NCBI RefSeq assembly: GCF_009914755.1
Contig: NC_060928.1
Reading direction: 5' to 3' (one strand)
DNA length: 64,000 bases
Source: the human T2T-CHM13v2.0 reference genome, Homo sapiens
The notes below the pieces were generated by a model, which was not told where the DNA came from, searched no databases, and saw only the letters and a list, made by a program, of their open reading frames with translations. Of this stretch, positions 12,141 to 24,103 are shown one piece after another (within the stretch, counting starts at the first letter, position 1; each line of letters starts with the position of its first letter). A program made the position numbers and the translations under genes.

Positions 12141-14521
12141 GTACTTTTAAAATCACAATGCTGTTCTACTCTCACCTGCTTGGTAGAAAAATGTAAAAAA
12201 AAGAAAAAAGAAAAACCAACTAACCAAAAAAACACAAATAAACTTAGAAAAACCTGAATAAAATGACATACAGTTCTGACTCCCATTAAGGTCCCTAATG
12301 ATGCTCATTACGACCCCAACTGCATTTTGATGCTGAAATATAATGCTTCTATTCATCATCGGAATAGAATATGGATGCTGACAATTGACAACACTTAATA
12401 ATAATAGAAGAGTTCACAAAATTCAAAACTCCCTGTGTATATTGTCAGCTTGAAAGAAAATGTGTGATGGATGTTGATCAGCTCCAAGAAAAGTGAAATG
12501 ACATGTTCTGGAAGAGGAAATAAAGACAAAGTGATCTAACGAGGTTCAGCGGCATCATTCACTTCAGCAAATAAGCATAAGACAAAGACTTTCTGACATG
12601 ATTCAAAAAGAATAAAAGGGATGTCTTATTACATTATTTTTCATTTTAAGGAGGTTATTAAAAACAGCTTTTAATAGTCCTAAAATCTCATTCATCTTCT
12701 AGTCTCTTTTAAAACTTGTTAGCTTTGTTTTTATTTCTGTATCTGTGTGTACATATCTGTGGTTGTTTTCTTTTTTGAAAAAAAAGATTACTTGGTTTTT
12801 ACAGGATTTGGGGTATAAAGATGGGAGTCAGACATGTAGGCCAGTGTTAGTCTCAGGCTCAGAGAAATCAAAAGGTTAGTAAAGGTCAGCTATTCCATAG
12901 GGATAATTTGTTTGTATTCTCTGTTCTAACAGTTGAAGTATTGTCTTGAGATTCGTTACTAGGATGAAAGCTATCATGTTCTTATTATGTCTATTAAAAA
13001 GTTAATTTTTTAATGTTTTTAAAATTTTTATAATTGAAAAAAGTTTATTATAGAAAATTGTGTAAATATAAAAACTAAGAAGAACAAAATAAGCATAATC
13101 GATGATCTCATATGGAGAGTCTCCTTGCTGAGAATTGAGGTACTTCTCAGTGTATTCTGATTTATATTGGGCCCATCTCTCTATTTCATTCTCTCCTCAA
13201 CCTTACATCATTAGCATATTTTTCCTGTTAATATTTTCAAAAAGTCCCATACATTATTTGATAAGATCCTACTGAAAAAAAAAATTATCCCTCAAAGTGT
13301 AAAATAGTCTATCCAAAAATTTGTCTTTGTTACGGCAACATGATCGATATTTTCCAGAGCCTAGCTGGAAGCTGGCTGAGACTGTGAGTGTGATCTAACT
13401 TCGGAAATAACTTTGGAAGCCCTTCTCTGTACTGCATGAGCACTGGGGTTAGCATGACCATCACCATAGATTATACTACTCTTTCACCTCACAGTGTGAC
13501 AATGGGACACAGCAGTAGAATTGACTTGATTCAATTTCCAACTCTTTCTAATTTCAATTTTCATTCATTCATTCAGCAGATAATTGTTAAGAACCTACTA
13601 TTTGAAGAAAAAATAAAGCCTCCTAAATTAACATGCCTGCCTTTCTGTAATATACATTCTGGATGGTTTACATTGAGTCTCTGAATTGGAAGATGAAATT
13701 GGTTCCTCTGTTTATCCTCCACTTTCCTTTGACATTTTGTTATAAGCTTTAACCTATATGTCTCCTTATAAATAACATTTCTTGACTGCCAGCTTTACTG
13801 ATCGAGGATTGGATTATATTTTAAACATATCATGGCATTGTTTCCAAAACAATGGTCAAAGCAACTTGCCAAAAAAAAAATACCAAGAGGGATATATCCT
13901 GATTGATTCTCACATTCCTCTCAGATACATTTTTAAATGTGATATACTGTCCTATAAATGTACTGAACAACGTGTGACAGAAACCAGGCAGGGACATTCC
14001 TGAAGGCAGGTTTCCGCAGCTGTCTCTAGCCACATACCTGATATGCAACAATCTGCATTCATTCTGATTGTATCAGGTGAAAGCTATGGAAGATTAAAGT
14101 GGCCAAAGTGAAGTTGTACTTTGGCTAGTATTAATTCATTCAGAACATTCCTAATTGTGCTAAAAAGCATTCAGATCACTGTTCTAAATTTATCAATAAA
14201 CCTATGTAAAACACTTTTTGACAACAGGTCTAAAAGCATCATCAGAATAATACATACATTCTAGACCACTTTATGCTGAAAGGCAAATGTATGTTTCCAA
14301 ATCGAAAAGCTTATATCAAAAACACAGGTATATGTGATACATTATAAAATTAAGATATTATATGTAATATTTCCCATTCTAAATTTATTCAGGTACATTT
14401 ATTAAAGTGTGATTCTTAGGGAAAAATGTTCTTGTCATTTCTTATTTTTATTTAAATGGCTTTTATTTTGTGAAATCATAAGAACACTAGAATTAATTTT
14501 GTGTCTAATGTTGCTTGTGTA

Positions 14522-14814
14522 ATTTTTATTTTTTTGAGACAGGGTCTTGCTCTGCTGTCCAGGCTACAGTGCAGTAACATTATCAGAGCTCGCTGTAGCC
14601 TCAAACTCCTGGGCCCAAGGGATTATCCTGCCTCAGTTTCCCAAGTAGCTAGGACTACAGGCTCACAGCACCATGCCTAGCTAATTTTAAAAGATTGTAG
14701 AGAAGAGGTCTCCCGATGTTTCCCAGGCTGGTATCAAACTCCTGGCTTCAAGCAATCCTCCCTCCTCAGACTCCCAGGGTGCTGGGTTACAGATGTCAGC
14801 CACCTCACCTGGCT
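14522..14814 (-). mobile_element. AluJ-like
   Basis: tttttgagacagggtcttgctct...gtagcctcaaactcctggg...caagcaatcctcc; highly diverged. Confidence 0.92.
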
Positions 14815-15278
14815 ACTTCTGTCATCTTAATATAATCACTTGATACATACAACAAGGAGTGTTCTCTATGAGTTTCCTACTTTATTTGATCTGATATTTT
14901 TATTTTAATTATTTCAAGCATCGGAATTTTGATGTTTTAAATTATGTAGCAAATTGATGGATTTTTTTTTAAAAAAAAGATTATTTAGAAAATACCAAAT
15001 TATCTTAGAAGTGACATTATATGCAATTTATCTTCAAAGGAGATGGATCTACTAAAATATGTTCAGGTTGCCAGTTACATCTTACAGAAAAAGAAAGGAA
15101 GAAAGAAAAAGAAATGCAAATGCAATGGAATAAAAGGAAAGAAAAGAGAAGTCTCAGAAGGAAAGATCAGAGAAAGGGAAGAAGACTGAAGTAATACACT
15201 TTAATATCCTGTCTTTTCAACACATTTTTTTTGTTCAATGTCTCTGAGCCCTTCATTTTTCTAGCCACAGTGTACTGT

Positions 15279-15702
15279 TGTTGCCAAACTTTCTCCATAA
15301 TTCAGCTAAAATCAGAATCTCATCACAAGACAGGGAAAGATTAGGCTCACAAACACATGGAAGGGTGAGGAAAATTGAATTTATTTGATGAAAAGGAAAA
15401 AGAAAGGAAAACCCTCAGCAAAGGGAAAGGGGGTCTTGCCAATGACTTCTACCTCATAGATTGAATACCAAGTCCCCACACAGGAACAGCAGAGGCCAGG
15501 CTCCTCCCTCCTGCAAATGGTGCGAATTTCCTGAGGCTCCACCCGCTCCTCCTAGTGAGCAGGTGGACATTATTCACGAAAAATCAGTTGAGAAAGGTTG
15601 AGCTTCATGTGGGACCAGCAGTCCATTCTTTTAACCTTCAGGCTGTTTTAGGCTTGAAAGTGGGGTTTCCCAGGGGCCCTTGGCTGCCTCCTGTCTCTAT
15701 CA
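15279..15702 (-). mobile_element. ERV1 solo LTR (MER48-like)
   Basis: TG...CA termini; minus strand starts tgatagagacaggaggcagccaaggg. 4-bp TSD ctgt at 15275-15278 and 15703-15706. Confidence 0.75.
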
Positions 15703-15929
15703 CTGTTTTTATAAACTCTTATAAATTTTATAAACTTTAAAAAGTTGGAGTATGTATGTACATATCATATGTGCATGTACATAAAATACATATATATATC
15801 ATATGTACATGTACATAAAATACACATGTACATATACAAATCTATGTAAACATATGTGACATATTATACATTCTGTATTATAAATTTATAAAATATACAC
15901 ACATAATACACAAACACACACGCACTAAC

Positions 15930-16830
15930 GCAAAGTCACAAATCCTAAGTGCACATCTTGCTTAATTATCACAAAGAAAACACACTATATAAAAAATAAC
16001 AAAATCAAGAACTACTGTAGAAATCTGTGTCCTATCTCAGTCACTATCGTTCTCCCCTCCAAGAGGAAACCACTATTCATACTTCTAACACCATATGTTG
16101 TTTTTGCTTTTGTTTAACTCTATGTAGATGAAACCATGTGGCATGCTTTGTTTTGCATTTGAATCTTTCCATTCAAAGTTATGTTTGTGGGAGTCTACAA
16201 TGTTGTTTCATATGTTTATTTTCATTGCTGTATACCACTCTGTTGTATGTATATACAACTATTTGTTCTACTTTTGATATGCATATGTGTTCTTTTCAGT
16301 TTGGGACTATTGTGAATAATTGTGCTTTGAGCATTCACGTACATTTCTTTTGGTGCACAGATATCTGCTTTTCTGGTAGATATGTAAGTACGGAATTTCT
16401 GTGTCATAGGGTATAAATATGTTCTGCTATAAAACTCATTGTGAAAAATTTCTTCCAACTGATTGTAATAATAGTAATAATTGTAATCACTTCTAACAAT
16501 AGTGATTTTCCTGAATCTGTACAAACTGTCTAAAATATTATTGGTCTTTTTTACAGTGTCATGAATCCTTGAATAAACAGTAGCATTTCACTGGGGGGTT
16601 CTTTTTTCTTTGGCATTTTCCTGGTAATGTAAGAAGTTGGGTTTTTTTTTTCTTCCAATTTTTGAACTTATTGGTGATTTTGAAAAGTAAATATTTACTC
16701 TCCTTCTTATTTGGATTGTCTATCTACTCCTTATTTATTTGCAAATATTTTCTATATAATCCAGTTCTGAGTTGTCAATGTTCTATTTTGCAGCTATTCT
16801 TTCTTACTCAGTGGCTTGCATTGTCACTCC
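15930..16830 (-). mobile_element. Ancient L1M (L1ME-like) 3' end remnant
   Basis: Motifs such as gaggaaaccactatt..acttctaacaccata, ttttcattgctgtata, ttttcagtttgggactattgtgaataattgtgct. Boundaries approximate. Confidence 0.7.
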
Positions 16831-17191
16831 CCTAAAGGCAGCACTTTGGTTAAATGGATGCATCATCTACTCTCTATTTACTCTCAGATTTAAGCTGTCC
16901 TTGAGAGTCTGGACCACAGGGATGGTCTGTCTCTCTGCTCTTTTCCTTTCTTAATAGTAGAATATACACAACACTTTTCAATTTTTTTTTTTATCAAAGG
17001 AAGTGGAACCCTCTTTTTCAAAAGAAATCTCATATGGAACCCAAAAGATAAAAGTAGAGCAGATCTTATTGTAGCAGGGAGATAGTTCCAGAATATTTTT
17101 GGCCATGCCACCCTCCCGCTCCACCGTCACAGGGACCTATGTGGCACCTCCAGGAATCCTACGATTCTGCAGAGCAAAGCTTGAAAGTCTT

Positions 17192-17791
17192 TTTTTTTTT
17201 TTTTTCTGGATGATAGGGTATTCTATTTATTTCTTTTTCTTTGTTTGTTTGTTTTTGTTTTATTTGTTTTTTTTTCTTTTATTATTATACTTTAAGATTT
17301 AGGGTACATGTGCACATTGTGCAGGTTAGTTACATATGTATACATGTGCCATGCTGGTGCGCTGCACCCACTAACTCATCATCTAGCATTAGGAATATCT
17401 CCCAGTGCTATCCCTCCCCCTTCCCCCCACCCCACAACAGTCCCCAGAGTGTGATGTTCCCCTTCCTGTGTCCATGTGATCTCATTCTTCAATTCCCACC
17501 TATGAGTGAGAATATGCAGTGTTTGGTTTTTTGTTCTTGCGATAGTTTACTGATACCCAAAGGACTATAAATCATGCTGCTATAAAGACACATGCACACG
17601 TATGTTTATTGCGGCACTATTCACAGTAGCAAAGACTTGGAACCAACCCAAATGTCCAACAATGATAGACTGGATTAAGAAAATGTGGCACATATACACC
17701 ATGGAATACTATGCAGCCATAAAAAATGATGAGTTCATGTCCTTTGTAGGGACATGGATGAAATTGGAAATCATCATTCTCAGTAAACTAT
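17192..17791 (-). mobile_element. 5'-truncated, 5'-inverted young L1 (L1PA2-like) with 14-bp TSD
   Basis: L1 3'UTR on minus (~17281-17553), then the ORF2 C-terminal segment on plus (17553-17791; ORF MFIAALFTVAKTWNQPKCP...). TSD agcttgaaagtctt at 17178-17191 and 17792-17805. Confidence 0.96.
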
Positions 17792-17959
17792 AGCTTGAAA
17801 GTCTTGTATTCATTTTCAGTTCTTCTTTTACTGAGTTCTCAAAAGTATTTGACTCCTTTGGTCACTCACTATTTGGCTTCTGGGACATCACTTTTGGAGA
17901 GTCCTATTGCAGGTCAAAATCCTATATATAAACTTGCACACCCAGCCATAGGGCAATTA

Positions 17960-18550
17960 TAAAGGTTTTACATGGCAGATCTCACAGGGTAAAGCTGCCC
18001 GCCTAACACCAGTTGTGCTGCAGACCAGTGCAATGCAGTCTCTGGAGGGAGTCACAGACAAGGACTCAAGCCCACCTGCACTGGCAATGTTCCTGTATAT
18101 AGCTGCATTCCAAGCTCAGGTGCTTCCATCCAGAGGCCCTCTATATGTGAAGTCCTTACCCAAGTCCTTTCTTGGTTACCTCTACAGAGACTTCCTCATC
18201 AAGGGACTTTGAAGGCACTATTCTCTACTCTCAGCACTTTCTCATTCCTATTTATCTCCCTTCTTCCTTCCTCCTGGCCTTTTCCCTCTGGCCTCTCGGT
18301 CTATAAAACATCATAAATCTTTAGAGCAAGGCTTCTATGGCAATGGGACATACATTCTACGTTAATACATCTAGTACCATTCCACAGGGAAAAATAGAAA
18401 ATGCTGGGAAAACTGGCAGCTTTTCCTGCTTTGGGTGTTGATTATACTACCTGAGGAAGTGTATAAAGCCTGACTGTTCTTTTCAGTTTGGCTTCTTGTC
18501 TTAACTGACCACCTGACCACCTAAGAGCTCAGGCCTCTTTTTCTCTGACA
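17960..18550 (+). mobile_element. Probable old ERVL-type LTR remnant
   Basis: GC-richer block with TATA-like ctataaaa, a degenerate polyA signal and a ...ctgaca end. Family uncertain. Confidence 0.4.
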
Positions 18551-18940
18551 GATTTCTGTTGCTCCTCTTACCTCACCGATCTCCCCTTCTGTCTCCCATT
18601 GTTATATCCTCCTCATCTCCCTGTATCCTAAAAATTAGAATATTCTGGGGTTTACTCCTTAGAGCCCTCCTCTCCAGTTATACTCAAGATTCATAGTTTT
18701 AAAATCATGTGGCCTCCAACTAAATTTATAGAAATTTATATCTCCAGTTTCAATTTTTCCTCAAACTCCAGGTATCTCCAAGGGAATGGTTCAAAAGCAC
18801 CTCTACTACTGGGACCTAAGCTGGTAGAGGAAAAGTTTTTCTTCCATTGATACTTTCTAGTCAAGTTTGTAATTAAGTAAATTACAAAGTTACTCCATGA
18901 TATACATTCCCTCATTATCCATTTGTTCTCTTAATATCAT

Positions 18941-19292
18941 TGCTATGGTGTGAATGTGGCCTCCAAAATTCATGTGTTGAAACTTAATTACCAATGTGAA
19001 AGTATTAAAAGGTGGTCCCTTTAGAACATGATTAAGTATAAGGGTGAGCTCTAGTGGATGGGATTAGGGCCTTTATAAAAGGGCATGAGGGAGTGGGTTT
19101 GTTTTCTGCTCTTCCTTCATGTGAGGTCAAAGTACCAACTTGGTAGTAAAGACCAAGTTCTCACCAGACACAAAACCTGCTGGCACCTTGATATGGGGCT
19201 TCCCAGGCTCCAGAACTGTGAAAAAGTAAATTTCTGGTCTTTATAAATTACCTCATTTCAGATATTTTGTTATAGGAGCACAGATTGAGATG
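18941..19292 (+). mobile_element. MaLR solo LTR (MSTC/MSTD-like)
   Basis: tgctatggtgtgaatgt..ccaaaattcatgtgttgaaacttaa...ctccagaactgtga...tattttgttata. 5-bp TSD atcat at 18936-18940 and 19293-19297. Confidence 0.88.
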
Positions 19293-19724
19293 ATCATTAT
19301 TATGATCATTATATTCATTATGTCCACAAATCTTTATTACATAGGCTTGATAAACAATAAAAAATAGAACTAGCACCTGACCTTGAATGGCTCACAGACT
19401 GGTGAAGAAATGTATTTTAAAAGTAATTTCAGTTATTTGGAGAGAGGTGTAATAATGTATATAAGTGATTTTAGCAATTTTTTGTCTATCTTCTTGCTTT
19501 AAAAGATGAGGAAAGGAACTAAAGTCAGCAGGTTTATATAAACTAAATGTTGTAGTAACAAAGAAAAAGTAAGTTTCAGCAACTGCTGATTGAAAGAATA
19601 TTTTATTGCTAATAGTAACTAAAGTTTGTTTCACTAAGCAATTTTTGTAAATGTTTTATAAATTTTTATTATTTATTTTCTATGAGATTTTAGACTATTC
19701 TTTCAATTTTTTAGTTCTTTTTTA

Positions 19725-19985
19725 ATAGTATTTATTTTTAAAGCAATATTGAACAGAAGTTACAATTTCCCATAGACTTCCTACGCTCACGCACCCAGCT
19801 CCCTCATTATTGAGATCCTCCACCAGAGTGCTATATGCGTTGCAATTGATGAACTACATCCACACATCATTATCACCCAAAGTCCACAGTTTACATTAGG
19901 ATTTACTATTAGTGTTTTACATTCTGGGGTTTAGACAAATAATGACACTTAGCTACCATTATAATATCATATAGAGTAGTTTTTA
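19725..19985 (-). mobile_element. L1MC/MD-like 3' end fragment
   Basis: caccagagtg...caattgatgaac...cacatcattatcacccaaagtccacagtttacattagg. Confidence 0.75.
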
Positions 19986-19989
19986 CAGT

Positions 19990-20409
19990 ATACATTTATA
20001 ATTGTTCTATTTTATTATTATTGTTAATGTCTTACTGTGCCTATTTATAAATCAAACTTTATCACAGGTTTGTATGTATAGGAAAAAACATAATATCTAC
20101 AGTTATCCTTTGAACAATACACAAATGCACTTATACATTTTTTTTTCTCCAGCCAAACTTGAATTGAAAATACAGTATTCCTCAGATGCAAAATCCCTCA
20201 TATCAGGAAGGTTGACTTTTCTTTATATGTGGGTTCCATAGGGCTGAGCGCAGACTGTATTATGCCAGGATTTTGGTATACATGGGGATTCTGGAACCAT
20301 GCCCCTGTGTATAACCTGGGATAATTGCAGAGAGTTTGTGCTGAATGGTTGTAGGCATCCACTACGGATCTTGGAACATACCCTTCATAAATAAGGGGGT
20401 AGACTATTG
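19990..20409 (+). mobile_element. MER44-like (TcMar-Tigger) fragment, interrupted by MER8
   Basis: ataattgttctattttatt...ttactgtgccta.ttataaat.aaactttatca..ggt.tgtatgtataggaaaaaaca; resumes after MER8 as aggcatccact..ggatcttggaac...ataaggggg..gacta.tg. Confidence 0.8.
20100..20327 (-). mobile_element. MER8 (TcMar-Tigger MITE)
   Basis: cagttatccttgaacaa...gaaaatacagtatt...ggattttggtatac..ggg..ctggaacca; preceded by TA. Confidence 0.85.
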
Positions 20410-20429
20410 TAGTCTTAGACTCATGACAA

Positions 20430-20765
20430 TATTGAAATCAATTGAGCCCTCTGCAGCAAGAAAAGAGAAGGGTGAGAAGTTTCCACACTGTTTTGTTTTC
20501 CCAGAACTTGATAACCAGAAAGGATTACTCCGTTCTCAGGTATTCAGTGATAAGGCCCAACTCCACCTTTTCTTAATGACTCAGATAAGACATACTCATC
20601 CCAACGGTTCTGCATGACTCCCATAAGTCTCCTGAATGACTCTCTTGATTGCTTGCTTCTATAAAATCCAGTTATTTGAGATGTTCCTCATTATTTAATG
20701 TTTTTTCTGTTACAATTGCCTGAATAAATAATCTCCTTAATTGTTTGGTGTCTTGTGATTTTATA
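20430..20765 (+). mobile_element. Probable MER4-group ERV1 LTR fragment (MER31/34/39-like)
   Basis: ctataaaatcc...tttgagatg...caattgcctgaataaa..atctcctt pattern typical of an LTR 3' half. Confidence 0.4.
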
Positions 20766-20953
20766 CTCAGTTTATAGAATAATTCAAACATGTTATATAC
20801 TAATACTTTAATAGTTTCATTTTTTTTAAACATTTAGATTCCTGATCCATTTGAAATACATTCCTTCACACAGTTGATATAAGGAATTGCTTTTATATTT
20901 TTTCAAATGGCTAACCAAAGTCTCAGCACTATTCATTAAAAAGGCTGTCTTTG

Positions 20954-21248
20954 GGACCAGGTGCAGTGGCTTATGCCTGTAATTGCAGCAACTCAGAAAG
21001 CTGCGATAGGATGACTTGAGGCAAGGAGTTGGAGACCAGCCGAGGCAACATAGCGAGACCCCATCTCTAAAATAATTTTAAAAATTAACCAAGTCTGGTG
21101 GCATACCTGTAGTCCTAGCTACTTGGGAGGCTGAGACAAAAGGATTGCCTGAGCCCAGGAATTTGGGATTAGAGAGAGCTATGATTATACCATTGCACTC
21201 CAGCCTAGGTGACAGAGCAATATCCTGTCTCAAAAAAAAAAATAAAAA
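20954..21248 (+). mobile_element. AluJ-like
   Basis: ggaccaggtgcagtggcttatgcctgtaat...gcaacatagcgagacccc...gagcccagga...gctatgatt...cactccagcct plus A tail. Confidence 0.92.
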
Positions 21249-22547
21249 GGTGGGAGGGGTTGCTGCCTATGAAATGATGCAATAGTGAATAGTGATTAGA
21301 TATGTCACCTTTATCATATAGCATATTTACTTGTATATTTGGATCTGTTTCTGGATTTTCTATTGCATTTCCATAAACTGTTAGTCTAGTATAGAGGCTT
21401 CTAATACCTGGTAAGTCTGACCCCTAAATTTTTCTGGTAATTTTTACATGCTTATTTTCTCATTTTTCCATATTACTTTTGGTATTAACCTGTGCAGTGA
21501 TATAAGAAAAAAAATGTGTGTTTGTGTTTTGGGGTAGTATTATTTTAACTTTCTATGTTAACATAGAGAAGACTGAGGTCATTATGCATGTGAGTTGTCC
21601 TAATCGAGAGTATGGATCCTTTTCATTGATTCAAACTTACTTTTGTGTCTTTCAGGGTTTTTAAAAAGTGTTTCCTCATTTACGCTTTCTACATTTAGTA
21701 TTAAGTATATTCTTCAGTACTTAACTTTTATTGCCACTGTAATTGACTTCTTTATATTCTAATGGGCAGTTTTTTTTTTATACAAAGACAATTTGATTTC
21801 AGTATGTTTGTTCTATAAATCCCTGCCATAGCCCAGAGATTTAAAATGCTTTCCTTTCTTCTTTCAACTTTATAACTTATTGAAATTTTTCTTTGTTTAA
21901 AAGTAATTTTTAATTTATTCTTTAGGAACTTTCATCTCTATTATCATCTCATCTGCAAACTGAAATAGATCTATTTCCAGTATAATAGTACAATGTGAAA
22001 TAGTAGAAAAGGTAGTAGGCATTTTGCCCTATTCCTGAATTTAATGTAAATTCCTCTGATATTTTCCTCTAAGTAAGATGCTGTCTTGAAAACTAAGATA
22101 GATAGACAGATAATAGATAATTATATATAAATATAGATAAATACATTGTCAAGAATAAATAAATTTTTGAGTTTTTTTTTAAAATCAGAATTGGATGTTA
22201 AATTTTGCTGAAGGCTTTTCCATCATATATAGAAATAGTAACATGATTACATCTAATAATCTAGTGAATTATATTGATGATTTTCCTAATATTGAATCAG
22301 CCTTGAATTCATGGAATAAATGCTGGTTGGTTTTCATATATTACTTTCTTAATGTAGCATTGGATTCAGTTTGCAAATATTCCATTTAACACTTTTACAG
22401 CAAAGTAATAATGATCTGGCTTTATTTTTTGGGTACTGTTTTTAGGAGCTTTAATAATATATTTGCTTCATAAGAGTTATTAATAGATTTTCTTCATTTT
22501 CAATGCTCTGGAACAATTTATGGAGCATTGAGACTGTTTGGTGTTTG

Positions 22548-23302
22548 TGATACAGACAGGAGGCAGGGAAATACTGGGTAGAGGGGGGTGGTTCCCTGGA
22601 AAAGGCCCCACTCACAAGCCTGGGCCCACAGCCCTAAATGAGAACTCCACATCTTTATTTTTCCCACCCAATGTTGCTTTTTCCAAAACCACCCAGGCCT
22701 GCCACACCCCCATCCTCTACCTATAAAAACCCCAAACTCCCCTGGCAGAGGAGCAGAGTGGTGTGGCAGAGAAGAAAAGAGAGTAAGTGCCTGAATGTCG
22801 AAGAGGCAGCTGGACATTCAGAGAGGAGTTCAGGAAGGTTATCTTCCCACTCCATCCCCTTTCAAGCTCCCTATCCCACTGAGAGCCACCACCATCACTC
22901 AATAAAACCTCTTCATTCACCATCCTTCAAATTCCCATGACCTGATACTTCCTGGATACCAGACAAGAACCCAGGTACCAAGAGGGTAGGGTATATATCA
23001 CCCTTACTCTCCACTGAGCTGGTTAACACTTAGCCATCTATGGACTGCCACTGCTAAAAGGGCATTGTTTGAAACACACACCCTCTGGGGCTCTAGAGGT
23101 CATGGTCAACCACTAGACACTGCTGTGGGCCAGTACAAGAATGGTTCATAAATGCATCTAAGGGCACTCACCCCAGCTCCTGCATCCACTCACCTGTATC
23201 CTCTCCCTCCCACAAGGGGTTTGAACTCAGTGGTGAGCAAAACAAGCCATCCCTCCCACCATCGCAAGTCCCACAAGAGGGTCAGGGAACACTCCCGCCT
23301 CA
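22548..23302 (+). mobile_element. MER50-like ERV1 solo LTR
   Basis: Starts tgatacagacaggaggcagggaaatactgggtaga; contains ctataaaa and aataaa; ends cccgcctca. 4-bp TSD tttg at 22544-22547 and 23303-23306. Confidence 0.85.
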
Positions 23303-24040
23303 TTTGGAAGTTTAAAACAATTCCCCAGTGAAAATATTTTGCAATGGTCCTTTTCTGAGGTAATTTCCTCACAACTCTCTTATTTTTTTCTACGGAAATT
23401 TGACTATATAAGAATTCTGTGAGGTTAATTTTGATAAACTTTTTCTAGTGAATTACTCATTTTTATAGGTTTTTGAATCTATTTGAATAGAGAAAAGTAG
23501 CTCAATAATTTTTTTTGTGTTTTCTGTTAAAATGGCCATTTTCTCTTTGTCATGTCCTCTCTCTCATTCTCCCACTTTTCTTGATAAAATAAACTAGTGG
23601 TTTGTTTAAAAAGCAGGATTTTTATGTATCTTTTTTTTTTGCTTTTTCTATTCTCTAACATTAATTTTTCATTTATTATTATTTCCTTCTTTGTGCTTTC
23701 TTTTAATTTATCATTTTGCTTTATTTCTGGTTTTTGAGCTGAAAATTTGACACATTCATTTTCATTCTTTCATTTTTAGTGACAAAAGTACTTAGAGCAA
23801 TACATTATCCTCTCCTTTGATCAGTTTTAAATCTCATAAATTGTATTTTTTTTATTCTGGTATGTGCTTTTTCCTTTTCATCCAAGAGTTGTTTAACATA
23901 ATCCATTTCTATACTTGACATGGTTTGTTCTAATTGTTATTCCTTCATTCTTTATCTGTATTTTATAGTTTATAGTCTTCGTAGTGATACATTAAAGTCA
24001 TCAAAGACCAGGACCCTTTATTTCTTTTCTTTTCTTTCTC

Positions 24041-24103
24041 TTTTTTTTTTTTTCTTTTTGAGACCAAGTCTCACTGTGTTGCCCAAGCTGGAGTGCAGTG
24101 GCA
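24041..24103 (-). mobile_element. Alu 3'-end fragment
   Basis: Poly-T plus gagaccaagtctcactgtgttgcccaagctggagtgcagtggca. Confidence 0.85.

Larger units (their letters stand above)
20770..24030 (-). mobile_element. Highly decayed L1M ORF2-region remnants (host to AluJ and MER50)
   Basis: Antisense L1 motifs (tttggatctgtttctgga, atcatctcatctgcaaac, ggatgttaaattttgctgaaggcttttc, ggattcagtttgcaaatatt). Confidence 0.7.

Noticed and set aside
13358-13383. 26-nt micro-exon-like segment (ttttccag|...act|gtgagt)
   Set aside because: Not a multiple of 3, short pyrimidine tract, and no supporting gene context.
16960-17190. Possible hAT-Charlie MITE remnant just left of the young L1
   Set aside because: Resemblance is too weak to assign a family or boundaries by eye.
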